Shown here: positions 48,301 to 58,966 of the stretch, in pieces | Position numbering within the stretch: position 1 is the stretch's first letter | Layout: each line of letters starts with the position of its first letter | NCBI GenBank assembly: GCA_004022145.1 | Contig: RCNU01000002.1 | Source: Paecilomyces variotii | Taxonomy: Eukaryota | Reading direction: 5' to 3' (one strand) | Length of the DNA stretch: 64,000 nt | Notes under the pieces: model-generated | The model's database searches: none | Told to the model about the DNA's origin: nothing | The model's input: only the letters and a program-made list of their open reading frames with translations | Translations under genes and position numbers: made by a program

Positions 48301-51300
48301 GTCGGTCAAGTAAGCTGACAAGTATTCAGTGACAAAGGGCGCCTCGAAATTGTCATTCGAAAAAGGCTTGCTGTCTATGATATGACGCGAGACGATGTAG
48401 GCGCTGACAGCAGGATATTCGTCGCGGATTCCTGTTTCCCGTTGTTCCTGGGCCCTATTCTCTTCCAAAAAGGAGCGAATATCTGCTAGTCCTTGCTGAC
48501 TGAAGATTAATCCCGTCACTTGCTTTAGTACCCCTTTCAGAACAGTCCGAGCTCGATCAGTTGTAGACGGAGAGACCACATCATGGGAAGCAATCTGCAG
48601 AACTTGGCTGGCGAAGACAACGTTGAAAGTGGCAGCCCACAGGCAGGAACGACGACTATTTGGCGAGACGGGGACAAACGTCGTGATCTGCTCATTGAGC
48701 TTGGAAATCAAGTCCACACATCTATCCACGAAGGCAACTCTATCAACCGGATCGAGGAACCATAATTTCTCAGTGACATACTCAACAACTGAACGATAAA
48801 ACTGCTCGACTTTGCGGCTTCTCGTGAATGGCCCTCCATCGGGCGCACTCGCATTGTCCTTCTCTATTTCGTCCATGATGTTATCAAACACGAGGCAAAG
48901 CTCTGATGATACGGTATCATTCCATGCACCCCACCGGTAGCTGCGTTCATCGATCTGGGCCAAGTAATGGCCTCCCTCATCGTCAAGGTTGCGGACTTGA
49001 ATATCGAGTGAACGAGAGAAGTTTCCACTTCCGATAAACGTCGAATCGTGGAAGTATGTTCCTGGCTGCAAGGGAGCAATATTGAAATCGACAGAATATG
49101 TTGGCTTCAATATACCCAGTCCCCTGGAGACAGATGTGGACGGTTTCGGGTGCTCTGCTGACACGCTCGATACATTGTCAAAATCGTCTAATGTGAGGAC
49201 TTGAGCCTGCTGATGCTCAGCAGTATGTGCATCAATTCGCTTCGGCTGTCGCTTCCTCACCTGCCGCTGTACGTGTGGCCGAGGCCTGGGGGGCTCATTG
49301 ACACTGATCTCCGCTGCAGGACGCTGTGGCGCACTTTTCAAAGCTGCCGGAGATGAGTTTGTAGTCGATAGGAAACGATCCAGAGTTAGACTCTGTTTTA
49401 ACCTCCTTGGCATATGCGCATGGCGATAAGATCTATTGAGGGCGGATAAAGACTGTTGGAATAACGACGGTGTGATCGTAGTCTGACCTGCCCCCACAGA
49501 TTCAAATTCCGCTGGTCTGGGATCTTGTCGTTTCAGGGACGATACCGCAAACTTCCTGGGGACGACCCATTTATCACGGCGACGCTCCACCGCAGATGGT
49601 TTCCTGGATAGTTGCTCACGCCTGGCAGCAGTGCTCGAAGTACCCTCGTCCAATTCGATCTCTGACAGACTGTTCCCTACGTCGACTTGCTCTCTAAGAG
49701 CATCCGTGGCTTCGCCATCAGGAATAGATATATCGGATGCCGCTCTCCTAGAAGGATCGTGTTCGTTGGGTGAGAGATCATTCAGAGGCTGGCGTCGTTG
49801 CCGTTTATTCGCTGTCTTTACGATCTTTGTCTGCCGAATTGACCCCCTTTTCCAGTCGCGCAGTGAGCTGTTAGCATCTTCTGTATCCTTCCTCGTGCCA
49901 AGCATAAAGAATTTGCGAGTTGGACTTCTTCTTCCTTGATCGCGACGAGAACGTGCTTGCCTTGCTGCGATCCTGAGGAATTGCGGCTGCTCTGCACGCG
50001 GCCTCTGAGCGATATCAGGGGCATCTAGTATTCCCAGTTTAGGAGGTTTTTGCGATGCACGCCTTACTCCTTTCTCTCTTCTGGGCTTGGACATAGAATC
50101 TGTAATCCTCATTTGGCGTTGTAAAGGCGGTCTCCTCCTGGCTTCATGCTTTTTGGGCTTATCGCGTTTCGAGTACGTTTTTGCAGTCGACGAACCGTGC
50201 CTAGACGATGTAGGCGGAAACATATAGTCGATACGATTGTCTTCCGGAATATCATCATCGTTTTGGACATCGTCAAAGGGGTCATCAAACCCAACGAGGC
50301 CTGCCAGGGCCTTGCGCGAGTCTGTTTCGGCAGGGCTATTGTCATCAGACCCAGTATCTTCGTCTGAAAAGGATGGCAAACTCGGCCGACTGGAAGAGAT
50401 GCCTGCGTCGTTTCTTGGCTTTGTTATTTTTCTCGCAACCCCCTTGGCGTTCTGCAGCCTTCGTGAAAAATCATGATTTCGCTGCCTTTCCCTAGACCTT
50501 ACTTGCTGCTCTTCCTGCTGCTTCAAGTCTAATCTCAACCAAGAAGCGGGCAGAACGCCTTTGATTCTTTTCTGTAGTCGTCTAACCTCTATGGTCTCGT
50601 CCTCCGGTTCCTCTTCTCCCGCGGAACTCTTTTCAGAATCGGACAGATCCTCCGGCTGAGCACTTTCATCTCCACCATCGGTACCTCGCCCTTCCAAAGG
50701 ACTCTCTGCGTCATTTCTCTCGTTTGACCTTGATTCAGCAACAGGTGCGTCCAGCGCTGGGGGCGTAAAGCCCCGCGGAAATCGGAATCCAGACGTACGC
50801 TTCACTGTTTGCGTAGAGGACAGGCTCCCAGAACGTGGTGGCGATGGGGGATGATCAAATATCGAATGTTCGTCCCGTTGTCCTTGTGGACTGTGATTGA
50901 TGACAACTTGCACATCTGATAACGTTCTTCCGCTACCATGCGAAATTTTCCGTCTCTTCGCACTGTGCCTATGTTTCCTATGAGAGCCAGAAGCTGGAAG
51001 GGGAGAGCTCGTATGGTTTACGGGCCTCGGGGTGTGACTATGTGATCTTGCGGGCAGTCTCTCATATGGATCAACTGGCGAAGACGGAGGGAGATGGAAC
51101 TCCGCAGCAGGATCACTCGATGAAGGAGGTTCGGGGATGTCAAGGGTATCTTGCCCCTGACTTTCATCTGTTTCATTGCGTCGCTGTGGGCCGATATTCG
51201 GCAAACGCACTGGTTTTACTCCTCTTGCTTTCATGAGACTCTGATATTTGGCATCTTCGAGAAGATAGGGGTGCAGCTGGATAGGATTTCGCTGTCTGAG

Positions 51301-52143
51301 AGATCTTTGTACAGGCTGAGAGAGCTCCCGCATAATCTCTTCAGGGATGTCCAGAGGAGGGAGTAGATCTTCCGGTCTACTGGCAGGATGTTCCGGCTCC
51401 CTCTGATCGCCATCCTGTCCGGAGGTCAAGTCCAAAGAAGCGAGAGACGATGGAGGAGATGACAAGGGAGAAAGGTCATCGTTCTCACTGGCAAATGCAG
51501 ACCTGATCCAGCTATCATTATGGGGTTCCACGGGGGGAAGCGTCACTGGACGCTGAGATTCCAGCTGTAGCTCGTCCGGAGAACTGGGGATATTGAAAGC
51601 GTCAAATGATCGATCTGCAGGTCGTGCAGCAAAAGGGCGTGTAGTGGATGTATCTGGGAGCCCGACATCTGCTGCGATTTCGTCTTCATCTTGGGTTGAC
51701 TGATTCTCATCCTGAAATGAAACCCGGGACAGTTGCGGCTGTGTTTGCGAGTGGCCATCGCCACCTAGCTGCTGACTTCCGTCCACAAAATCAACGTCCA
51801 TCGACACTGGCAGTTGTTCGCTCTCATCGGGAGTGATAGACCTTGATCTGTTCTGCCCAACGTCCACAGCAAGCAATGTCTCTTCTCCATCGTCACTACT
51901 CGAGTCGAGTTCCATAGAAGCCTGCAAACAAGCGCTGTCCCCAACAGTATTCTCGCCTCCATCGTCACTATTATTGTGCGTATCGATATTTTCGTGCTCA
52001 TTATTCGTAAACGTCGCCGTCACATCTTGCTCGGTGTTTCTGTAAGGCTGCTCTTCCTTTTCCTGTTTCTTCGAACCCTGGCTCTCGAAGTCATCTTCGT
52101 CGTCCGAGTCCGGTACGAAGCCTTGCTCCCGCCATGATTTCAT
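45340..52143 (-). CDS. mus7: Mus7/MMS22-family replication-fork repair protein (about 2267 aa, intronless)
   Basis: WREQGFVPDSDDED, RSLRQRNPIQLHPY, RIKGVLPASWLRLD, GTYFHDSTFIGSG, LLPNHGRVYPK, LRNHHDLLCTLF are motifs I recognise from fungal Mus7/MMS22. Confidence 0.82.
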   Translation of the reverse strand: MKSWREQGFVPDSDDEDDFESQGSKKQEKEEQPYRNTEQDVTATFTNNEHENIDTHNNSDDGGENTVGDSACLQASMELDSSSDDGEETLLAVDVGQNRSRSITPDESEQLPVSMDVDFVDGSQQLGGDGHSQTQPQLSRVSFQDENQSTQDEDEIAADVGLPDTSTTRPFAARPADRSFDAFNIPSSPDELQLESQRPVTLPPVEPHNDSWIRSAFASENDDLSPLSSPPSSLASLDLTSGQDGDQREPEHPASRPEDLLPPLDIPEEIMRELSQPVQRSLRQRNPIQLHPYLLEDAKYQSLMKARGVKPVRLPNIGPQRRNETDESQGQDTLDIPEPPSSSDPAAEFHLPPSSPVDPYERLPARSHSHTPRPVNHTSSPLPASGSHRKHRHSAKRRKISHGSGRTLSDVQVVINHSPQGQRDEHSIFDHPPSPPRSGSLSSTQTVKRTSGFRFPRGFTPPALDAPVAESRSNERNDAESPLEGRGTDGGDESAQPEDLSDSEKSSAGEEEPEDETIEVRRLQKRIKGVLPASWLRLDLKQQEEQQVRSRERQRNHDFSRRLQNAKGVARKITKPRNDAGISSSRPSLPSFSDEDTGSDDNSPAETDSRKALAGLVGFDDPFDDVQNDDDIPEDNRIDYMFPPTSSRHGSSTAKTYSKRDKPKKHEARRRPPLQRQMRITDSMSKPRREKGVRRASQKPPKLGILDAPDIAQRPRAEQPQFLRIAARQARSRRDQGRRSPTRKFFMLGTRKDTEDANSSLRDWKRGSIRQTKIVKTANKRQRRQPLNDLSPNEHDPSRRAASDISIPDGEATDALREQVDVGNSLSEIELDEGTSSTAARREQLSRKPSAVERRRDKWVVPRKFAVSSLKRQDPRPAEFESVGAGQTTITPSLFQQSLSALNRSYRHAHMPRRLKQSLTLDRFLSTTNSSPAALKSAPQRPAAEISVNEPPRPRPHVQRQVRKRQPKRIDAHTAEHQQAQVLTLDDFDNVSSVSAEHPKPSTSVSRGLGILKPTYSVDFNIAPLQPGTYFHDSTFIGSGNFSRSLDIQVRNLDDEGGHYLAQIDERSYRWGAWNDTVSSELCLVFDNIMDEIEKDNASAPDGGPFTRSRKVEQFYRSVVEYVTEKLWFLDPVDRVAFVDRCVDLISKLNEQITTFVPVSPNSRRSCLWAATFNVVFASQVLQIASHDVVSPSTTDRARTVLKGVLKQVTGLIFSQQGLADIRSFLEENRAQEQRETGIRDEYPAVSAYIVSRHIIDSKPFSNDNFEAPFVTEYLSAYLTDNERTKDVNSLEWVWRSLFTTLPLDEIDQIGISQVGSRFRRPKANWSLIKSLMLEVLDKYDVESEKQPVSLNNYCRVLFHRCFHLINSWGWRDCKLILDALFDFFAKNTLHNLKNEESFGSPSFLDELETDPSLEVLPGDPCFHIFLKIVGSGLRFMSQIHEKKRIRNFAWRLLPNHGRVYPKDKPLHHEDLDALRNHHDLLCTLFFAVPDGCRPRLETIRNLVDPANSHRETCSMSLRSWARLVRFKLSTDEDLTALDQFAEWHGYFVTELVKQHALARSEVEAQSETADMRFSKQIVESTISQNQKQIESLLSTALSGMNNALGIAPSLEHARMLISKLPLQKLFGLFNPKQSRVNKTVSETLEILISYTWKDESLASRPATVSANEDSQEYGDWTGIEEMCVDGSDQPDSAVEHVDAVFHPAVSRLVSNCFGEDYCPEDAILLKVVDCWTGILHMLVKHRLRYWDSCMSPYGADSWTALRSTVQTRKFTPYFLAKCIERDSEFYTECKHQILGMWISSLVERSSMLKFQHYLTEVLLNQAPDTPLLGNLPFSRGLSSDRYRITLEEFGERRLSLISSLLSNMREHLQLLEDVGDRELSSTRDHYRDLIENLMASMKANYLELGNNAEAAQGAYVTFVHSVVGFLQQHAPGICAVDKFFTEPTSFPLPATDPTYIVARLKSYGLRLSTGKAAKPLVVFIQSVSERAVLDGQQEYLVDQLYASMGDVYESGNTGRPTLRAFLFRSVFPAYIESAFSDLCGWILAGPILQAVARAFTDMLLYVDTTDPDCVSSVTEIFCTIFESSYRALHLLVDHAGMIEEPTVLVTTACFFEMITAALPVIDYIDRNTESGELLVRQLQVFRQIALFAATSLLDPGMAVDPDSLDGRFDAFSGRHPRSTATPRIFHEARAFAARELQTALRTNWSRHKGKYFTRRGQQLKEVQIDLLQRPDSAQIAKAKFIDSIEVLFGTMQHLHLLHEDESIRPE

Positions 52144-52391
52144 TGGTATCTTCGACGACAATAGTCCATTGCTCTGGGTGGTTTCGCTCCCTTTGCTAGT
52201 TATAGATTCTCCCGAAAAGGTGAGCTGCGAATGGAACAACTCGGCCTAAAGATCGAATTAGCCAGTAAGAGACGAGTGTAAAATCGTGGATTTTCGCCGT
52301 TGTTAAGAATCACTGCAGTTGTTTCGCTAGTATGTTCTTTGGCTGTTATCAAGGCGAGTGTTGAATGTTTCCTAGCCGCCAGTCTAGCCTG

Positions 52392-52425
52392 ACGCGTTTG
52401 AGGACGTGGGGAGACGCGACTCCCC
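52392..52425. promoter_or_regulatory. MCB-like elements (ACGCGT 52392-52397; ACGCGA 52414-52419) upstream of mus7
   Basis: Motifs visible about 250 bp upstream of the ATG of a DNA-repair gene. Confidence 0.55.
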
Positions 52426-52581
52426 GAGTTTAACTAATTAAGGTGCCCGGAGCTTGGGGAGCTTAAAGTCCGAACTCTCTGGACTTCCGCAAATCTTGCG
52501 CCGCCTGAGAAATCGCCATACTATTCGATAACCAACTGATTTCCACAATTCATTGCTTTCGCGGCGTGTTTATCCTACATA

Positions 52582-53154
52582 ATGAGTGCCGTTCGAGGAT
52601 TCTTCCCAGCTGCCATAGCCATCGCGGTTGGTGTCGTAACAGGTACGAACTACGCATCTAATCCTACTCTGGTACTCGGAGACAAGATTCCCAGATGAAT
52701 AGGTAGCTAACACATTGCGCGCGCACAGGGTACTATACCTTCCAACCAGCATTTCAGCAGCTTGAAGCAGAAAAGCGCACTCAGTATGTCCATATTCTAT
52801 ATACTGTGGCTACCTCCACCCCAGTCTCATTTACTCTACATACCTACCCACTACGTCACCACGATGCTAACATAGAAACACCGTCACAGGCTCCATAGGC
52901 AACAAAACCCATCTGAGCGTAATATGATCGAAGTCAGAGGCCCGGCCAAGGATATCCCAACTTCTTCTTCTTCATCCACGCCTTCCGGTCTTCCGCCGCA
53001 GACAATCCAAGATCCTAACGCAACTCCCGCCGTCACTTGGACACAGCGCCTTTGGCCATTTGGCAAGCCCGCGCGGACAAACGCAGTCCCTAGCACGGTG
53101 GCTGAGAGCACGCGGTCAGATCAGAGCCTGAGTGATCGATCATCTGATCAGTAG
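52582..53154 (+). CDS. Small single-pass membrane protein (126 aa), PIGBOS1/Ecm19-like; exons 52582-52642, 52729-52783, 52890-53154
   Basis: Two canonical introns (GTACGA..GCTAAC..CAG; GTATGT..GCTAAC..CAG) give MSAVRGFFPAAIAIAVGVVTG|YYTFQPAFQQLEAEKRTQ|LHRQQNP..., in frame with ORF 52924-53154. Confidence 0.8.
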
Positions 53155-54061
53155 GATAGATAAAATGCTGCAGCAACAGTGGGCCTCTCAGTTGGGACGT
53201 ATGGTATATCACCAGGAGCCCTGGCTATCGGGAAACTATATCAGACCTAAAACCAGAGCATACATCGATGGTTATGATATGATGTGACGAAGATTATATC
53301 TATTTATCTAATACGCTATAGACGACTCACCTTCTTTACGGGGCCACCAACCCAATTCTGAAGATGGTCATTTGAAGCATGCAACAAGCAGTGGATGGAT
53401 GGTGCCAAAATCCACCTACAGAAGCTCAACCAAGCGCTCATCATCGGAGAGAAGGAGTTGTCCTAACCAGCGAGAACGAGTTATCCTTTCGTGCCGTCTA
53501 CTCATGAGAGCTGGGGCTCCCGCCCGGAAACTATTTACCGTGGTAATGTCGATTGTTGCCCCTGTACTGATTCTTTTCTTGGAAAAAGTGTTTTGATAGA
53601 ATGTATATTTTGAGTCTGTTATTTCATATCGGGATGGGATGGCTTTCAGGGCCCATTACCGCCATGCCGGGTCAGGGTTTCTTTTGTCTGGCCCTCAATT
53701 GCATCTCCGTCAGGAAATTACAATGGCAAAAAAGCTACGGTTCTTTTTTTTTTCTCTCTCTGGATGTATTAAATAACAAATACTACGAGACGTATTTGAT
53801 GTAGTAATGATCATGAGTTTTGAAACCCTAAGGACATGTGTTTACTCGAATGTCGCTTTCTAACTGAACGATCCATGCCGTATTCCTGCCGATTTCCCCT
53901 ATAAAACTCCGCCCATAATAAATAAATGCTGATTGACAAGTGTTATTTTGGCAGATAGACAACCCAAGTGAGCCTTACTCCCGAATAGTTTGACATCCTC
54001 CCCCAGGCCCCTGTAATAGTTATGCACAACCCTGCTGGACTTTCCCGATGGTTTTCGTCCC

Positions 54062-55377
54062 CTAGACCTCCTCGACAAGCTTCCGTTGTCCGTTACTAGA
54101 AGGAGCCTCTCCAAAGAGACGACCAGCAGGAGTACCGAACAATTCCTCCGGTACAGCGACCCGGCAGACACCATTAGAACCACTGACCCACCGGATCATT
54201 GTAGGGTCAGGTTTAGGTGGCTCTGGCGGTTCCTGGACGGTGGGAGTACCTTCAGCCTCCGTTGCAGCCGCTCTGCCGCGGCGTTTTGGGGCTTGCTTTT
54301 TCAAAAGACGGTTGATAGTGTCCATCTGTCATATTTTGATTAGTTTCTTCTCACGTATAGTTTCCTTAAAAAAAAAGTCCAATAGATCGATAATGGTCTG
54401 TCTGAGAACGTCGACTCCGTCGCATACCTTTTCTTCTTCGTTCCGCTTCTCACTGAGGTTCTTTCTCCGGCGGGCCATTTCAGCTCGTCGCATCGCATGT
54501 TCTTCAGCGGTCAAATGCTTCTTGACTTGCGGTTCTGCAAGATAATAAGTACTGGTCCGTAGGTAGGAGCCTCATAATCGGACTTACCCATGGGTAGCTG
54601 TAAGAAATCATTTCCAAGAGAACCACGTTGACGCTTTGTCATCTTGCTCAGATCCATATCCTCGTCGTCTTCGTCCTCCTCCTCGTCTTCCTCTTCTTCC
54701 TCGTCTTCTAATTCTTCATCTTCCGCTGCACCTCCCATCTCCTGATCGTCCAGTTCACCTTCGGCGTCGGAATCCAATTCTGATAGTTCTTGATCATCTT
54801 CATCATCGTCGTTCTCCATTTCCTTGGCTTCGACACTCTTTACCTGACCTCGGCCGGCAGCAGCAGTAGGTTTGGCCTGTCTCTTAGACACCGGTGGCTG
54901 AGGAGGTACATCGTCCATGTCTACGTCGCCGTCTGCATCCACATCGTCATCTTCCTCCCCTTCTGCATCCTCATCTTCATCGACCTCGTCTTCCTCTTCG
55001 TCATCCAGGTTTTCTTCGTCGCTCGTATCAACCTCGACCATCTTCTTTTTGGTCCTGCTGTTTCGAGGTCCCGATACGATGGGGTCGTCCATGAATATAT
55101 TATGGGAGCGTCTCGCAGTCGCGCTACGAGCGGAGCTGTTGGTAGCCTCGCGCAACTTGTTCGCCGGCATCTTGACTGTTAGGCGAATGGATTTCTTGCC
55201 TGCGTCCGGGGAGTGCGACGATGCGCGAGAGAGTGTGACGGGCGGCGACGGGGATGACGATGAAGAAGATGGGACAACTCGTGTAATCCTGCTCGACCTG
55301 ATTCTTGGGTTAGCAAGCGGCGGGCTTGACTCTCTGTTAACGACCACGCGCGACCGAAGTGAACGACGTGGAGACAT
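54062..55377 (-). CDS. IES2: INO80 complex subunit Ies2 (PAPA-1 domain); introns 54587-54535, 54427-54326; possible alternative upstream first exon 56013-55862
   Basis: Acidic tract, SKMTKRQRG, FLQLPM|EPQVKKHLTAEEHAMRRAEMARRRKNLSEKRNEEEK|MDTINRLLKKQAPK, MIRWVS. Confidence 0.9.
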
Positions 55378-56661
55378 AGTGTGGTATCGTAGATGTCAGG
55401 GCAGGCAATGAGCAGAAGTACAAGATGATCGGGAAGACGAGATCACTATGTGTAAGAGAAGGAAAGATGGCGATACGAGAAAAGTACAGTCAAGATAGGA
55501 TCAGCATGGGTGAGATCCGGGTTTGGGCGATGCACATATCATCTATTCTGGATATGGCGATCTTGACAGATGTGGTGAGGGCATGCTAAGGGTCAAATGG
55601 GGCGAGAAGCATTGGCCCATTGAGCTCCAGTGAGCGAAGCCATATACAGTGAATAGGCGCATGGGCTATCCGGAGCAGTTGGTCGCCCAGCTGATCCCGG
55701 CACAAAGAACATTGACCTGTTCCCGTTGGATGGATCATGGACAGCTGCGCCGCCAGTGCTATCGCGCAGCATGGGGGACTTCTGCAGGCATCGAGGAAGC
55801 AACGGATGGTAGGGCAATGCAGGGACGCGGAGTGGTCAGCAGTAAGCAGAGGCAGACATACCTTTGTGGCTTGGGCGCAACACCGTCCGGGGTCTCAGGC
55901 TGCCAATCGTCGCTGCTCTCCGTCCGATTGGAATTATCGTTGTACGAAGAATAATCATAATAATCGTCGGATGGCCGCTGCGGACGGCGGCGAAGGCGGC
56001 GGACGACGGGCATCGCGGGCGGTGTGGGGTTTCTGCCGGGGTTTCTGGGTTGGGATGGGAAGGCGGAGGGGAAGTGGAAGTGCAGTAGTAGTTAGTGTTA
56101 TTATTGTAGTCGCACGAAACACGGAGAATATTGGACAATCGCGCGAGAGAGGCGCAGTTGGTTCATGGACAATAGAGACCGGCGATTGCCCAACAGTCAG
56201 CCGATCGCGTGGTGTCTGATCGATTCCGAGAGCAGTTCTGCCAGGGAAGATGCTGGAGCATCACCCATCCGGACGAGGTTGTGATGTGAGATGAGAGGGG
56301 GAGAATGGCCAGCGGACGATCGAGAAAGCAGTCGATGAGAAGGGCATGACACGCCTTTGTGTTGTACGAGAGAAGAACCTCATCATCCTGCTGGCCATGT
56401 CGCTGGTACTTCCGATCCCACCTCTTTCCAGCGCATCTATGAGGTACCGTATACTTTCCCACCGCTTCCGCCTGGCGGTGCCCGATCCTTGGGGCAGCAG
56501 CCGAGGTCCAGGCCAAGCAAGTATGGTAAGCTTACCCCGTGCGGAGGAAGAACATCGTCTCCGGCGATAAGCCCGTCCATCTTCAACCAACGCTCCGGTT
56601 CCTCTACCCTTCCCTGCCCCAGGAAGCCAGTGCTCGTCATTTGAACGATTCAGTGAGCACC

Positions 56662-57933
56662 ATGGCAGATTCGGACCCCAAAAAGCCCGCCATCCCCGAG
56701 TGGCAGAGAAAGGCCGGGGAATCCGCCTCCACGCAATCTCCATCTGCGACGACTAATGAGGCATCCCAGGAGCAGTCTGAAGCCAGTCCTCGCACAGAGC
56801 TGCTCAAACAAGCGTCGAAGTTCCTGGAGGATGAGTCCATTCGTGATGCGCCCACAGATCGCAAGGTGTCTTTCCTCGAATCGAAGGGACTTCGACAGGA
56901 CGAGATAGATAGACTCTTGGGGCTCTCGCGCAACCCGGAGGCCAGCAGCAACGAGTCCTCGAGCTCCGATGCATCTTTATCAGAAGCGAAATCCGGGGCA
57001 TCTACAGATTCTACATCCTCTCAGCCAGCTAGTCAAAAGCCGTCAGAAACTGGAACTTCTCAGAGCTCTTCCACGAAAGCCACTTCCGCCACATCCTCCC
57101 GCGATGTCCCTCCCATCATCACATACCCAGAATTCCTGGTAGAAGCCGCAAAGCCACCGCCACTGTTCACCTTCCGCAGTATCCTCTATACCCTCTATGG
57201 TGCTGTAGGCCTGGGTGCCAGCATCTACGGTGCCAGCGAATATCTTGTCAAGCCGATGTTGCAAGATCTCAACGAGGCCCGACACGATCTCGCGCAGACA
57301 ACCCAGCGCAATCTGCGCAACTTGAATGAGAAACTGGAACAGAACGTTTCCACGATACCGCCCTATCCGTCGCGCGCCGCTGCTGCGGTGGCAGCTAAAA
57401 ACGGTGACGACGCATCGGATACTGACTCCATTATCTCTGACCCGACGGAATTGTTCCATCGTGACGTTGCAACTCAGACGACCCCAGATCTATCACGGAC
57501 AGAGAGCAGCCAGGCTTCCTCGAGCGACTCAGATGAGGCAAGCTCGGCTCCAGATCCGGTCAAGTCAGTGACCGGCCACGTCGGACGCCTTCAGACCATC
57601 CGCTCTCACATGCAGGAATTCTTGGACGGTGAAAACCGAACCCGTCCTCCAGAGGATCTTGTCCGTGACCGCCTGTCCGAGCTGCAAAGCTATCTCGACG
57701 CTCTGACATACAGCGGGCCCGGCTATCTCAACAGCAACGCCTACGGCGTATACGCCGCGGGCAGCCCAGACAACAGTTCCACTCCAGGGGTCGCGACAGG
57801 CATGCGCAAGAGCGAAGAAGACGCCATATCAGAAATCAAATCTGAGATCCGGGGTGTCAAGGGCGCTCTGCTGAGCGCGAGGAACTTCCCCTCCGGCCGT
57901 GGAGGACGCATCGTAGCAGGTGTAGCGAGGTGA
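56662..57933 (+). CDS. PEX14/17: Peroxin Pex14/17 (Pex33) with Pex14 N-terminal domain
   Basis: RTELLKQASKFLEDESIRDAPTDRKVSFLESKGL (Pex14_N), PPIITYPEFL, a TM segment, a coiled coil, DPTELFHRD, and IKSEIRGVKGALLSARNFP. Confidence 0.85.
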   Translation: MADSDPKKPAIPEWQRKAGESASTQSPSATTNEASQEQSEASPRTELLKQASKFLEDESIRDAPTDRKVSFLESKGLRQDEIDRLLGLSRNPEASSNESSSSDASLSEAKSGASTDSTSSQPASQKPSETGTSQSSSTKATSATSSRDVPPIITYPEFLVEAAKPPPLFTFRSILYTLYGAVGLGASIYGASEYLVKPMLQDLNEARHDLAQTTQRNLRNLNEKLEQNVSTIPPYPSRAAAAVAAKNGDDASDTDSIISDPTELFHRDVATQTTPDLSRTESSQASSSDSDEASSAPDPVKSVTGHVGRLQTIRSHMQEFLDGENRTRPPEDLVRDRLSELQSYLDALTYSGPGYLNSNAYGVYAAGSPDNSSTPGVATGMRKSEEDAISEIKSEIRGVKGALLSARNFPSGRGGRIVAGVAR

Positions 57934-58966
57934 AAAGCACGATCATGAAGAGCCAGTACGAGCAAGTACACATACCCATTTCATCTTCCCTTTCTCACTC
58001 GATGCTTCGTTCGAAATCGAACATGTCCATTTACGACGTGCTTACGCACTACTGTACTTTATACCTATACCTTGACACAGCGAAATGACACAGCCCGCAG
58101 ATGCAAATGCAATCTCTTTCCAAATCCCTCACCATTAGAAAAACCTGAGTAGATTAACAAACAAAAAAAAGTAAACCACAAGAACCCGCACAGTAACTAC
58201 CGACCTACCAAATTAATTAAATTACATTAAATCTAAATAAGACCACAAGCAACACTCTCAACCCCCCGCTGACTCCCTTCCTCAGCCCCTACAGGACAAT
58301 ATATATTGTTAACACACAAAGTTCCGTACGTCCAGATAATCTGTCAATCATCCATTTGCAGCATTGTTCTCTGATATCATAAATATACAATAGAACCTAT
58401 CACTAGATCACTAGATTCTGTGTATATTATAGAGATAAACATAAGTTCAAATCCCTTCCGCCACTGGAACTAGAAGCTAAGCAAGTAATTCAAGCAGCCT
58501 AATTAGGTGGTTCAAATCAGACCATGCTTTTCGTGTCATTCGGGCAACACCACTAGATATCATTGGATAACGCAAAGTAAATGCCTGCTAGTAGTTTCGT
58601 AATATAAGAGATGATTCTGGACCGTAAATGTATTTTATGTGGGATGCCAAATGTCTACGGAGGAGAACGGCGACTTAACATAATCCTACCGCATTTTAAA
58701 TGATCCAGCAACTGATCAGGCAATTATTCAAATACGTAACGTTTTATCTGCAGTCTGCATCTTCCTAAGAGTAAAGAAAATGGGGCCTAACTTTGAAATC
58801 TTCAACAGGCTATTAAAAACATGGCACGAGAAATAAACGACCTGATAGCAGACACAGATTCAGATCGCCGACAAGCTGCTAGCCTTCTAGCACGTAATAC
58901 AGGGTAAGAAGCTGTCTTCAGATCCCTAGATTCTACGATTGGCATAACACGTCACGTGAGAGTCGT

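Noticed and set aside
52144..52239. In-frame non-ATG upstream extensions (mus7; also 42949 and 56539)
   Set aside because: These are ORF-track TTG/GTG starts. The downstream ATGs give plausible N-termini and nothing supports non-AUG initiation.
57931..57948. Stop-codon readthrough creating a cryptic PTS1
   Set aside because: The stops I checked (PEX14/17, SDR, AAA ATPase) lack the TGA-CTA context and their extensions do not end in an SKL-like tripeptide.
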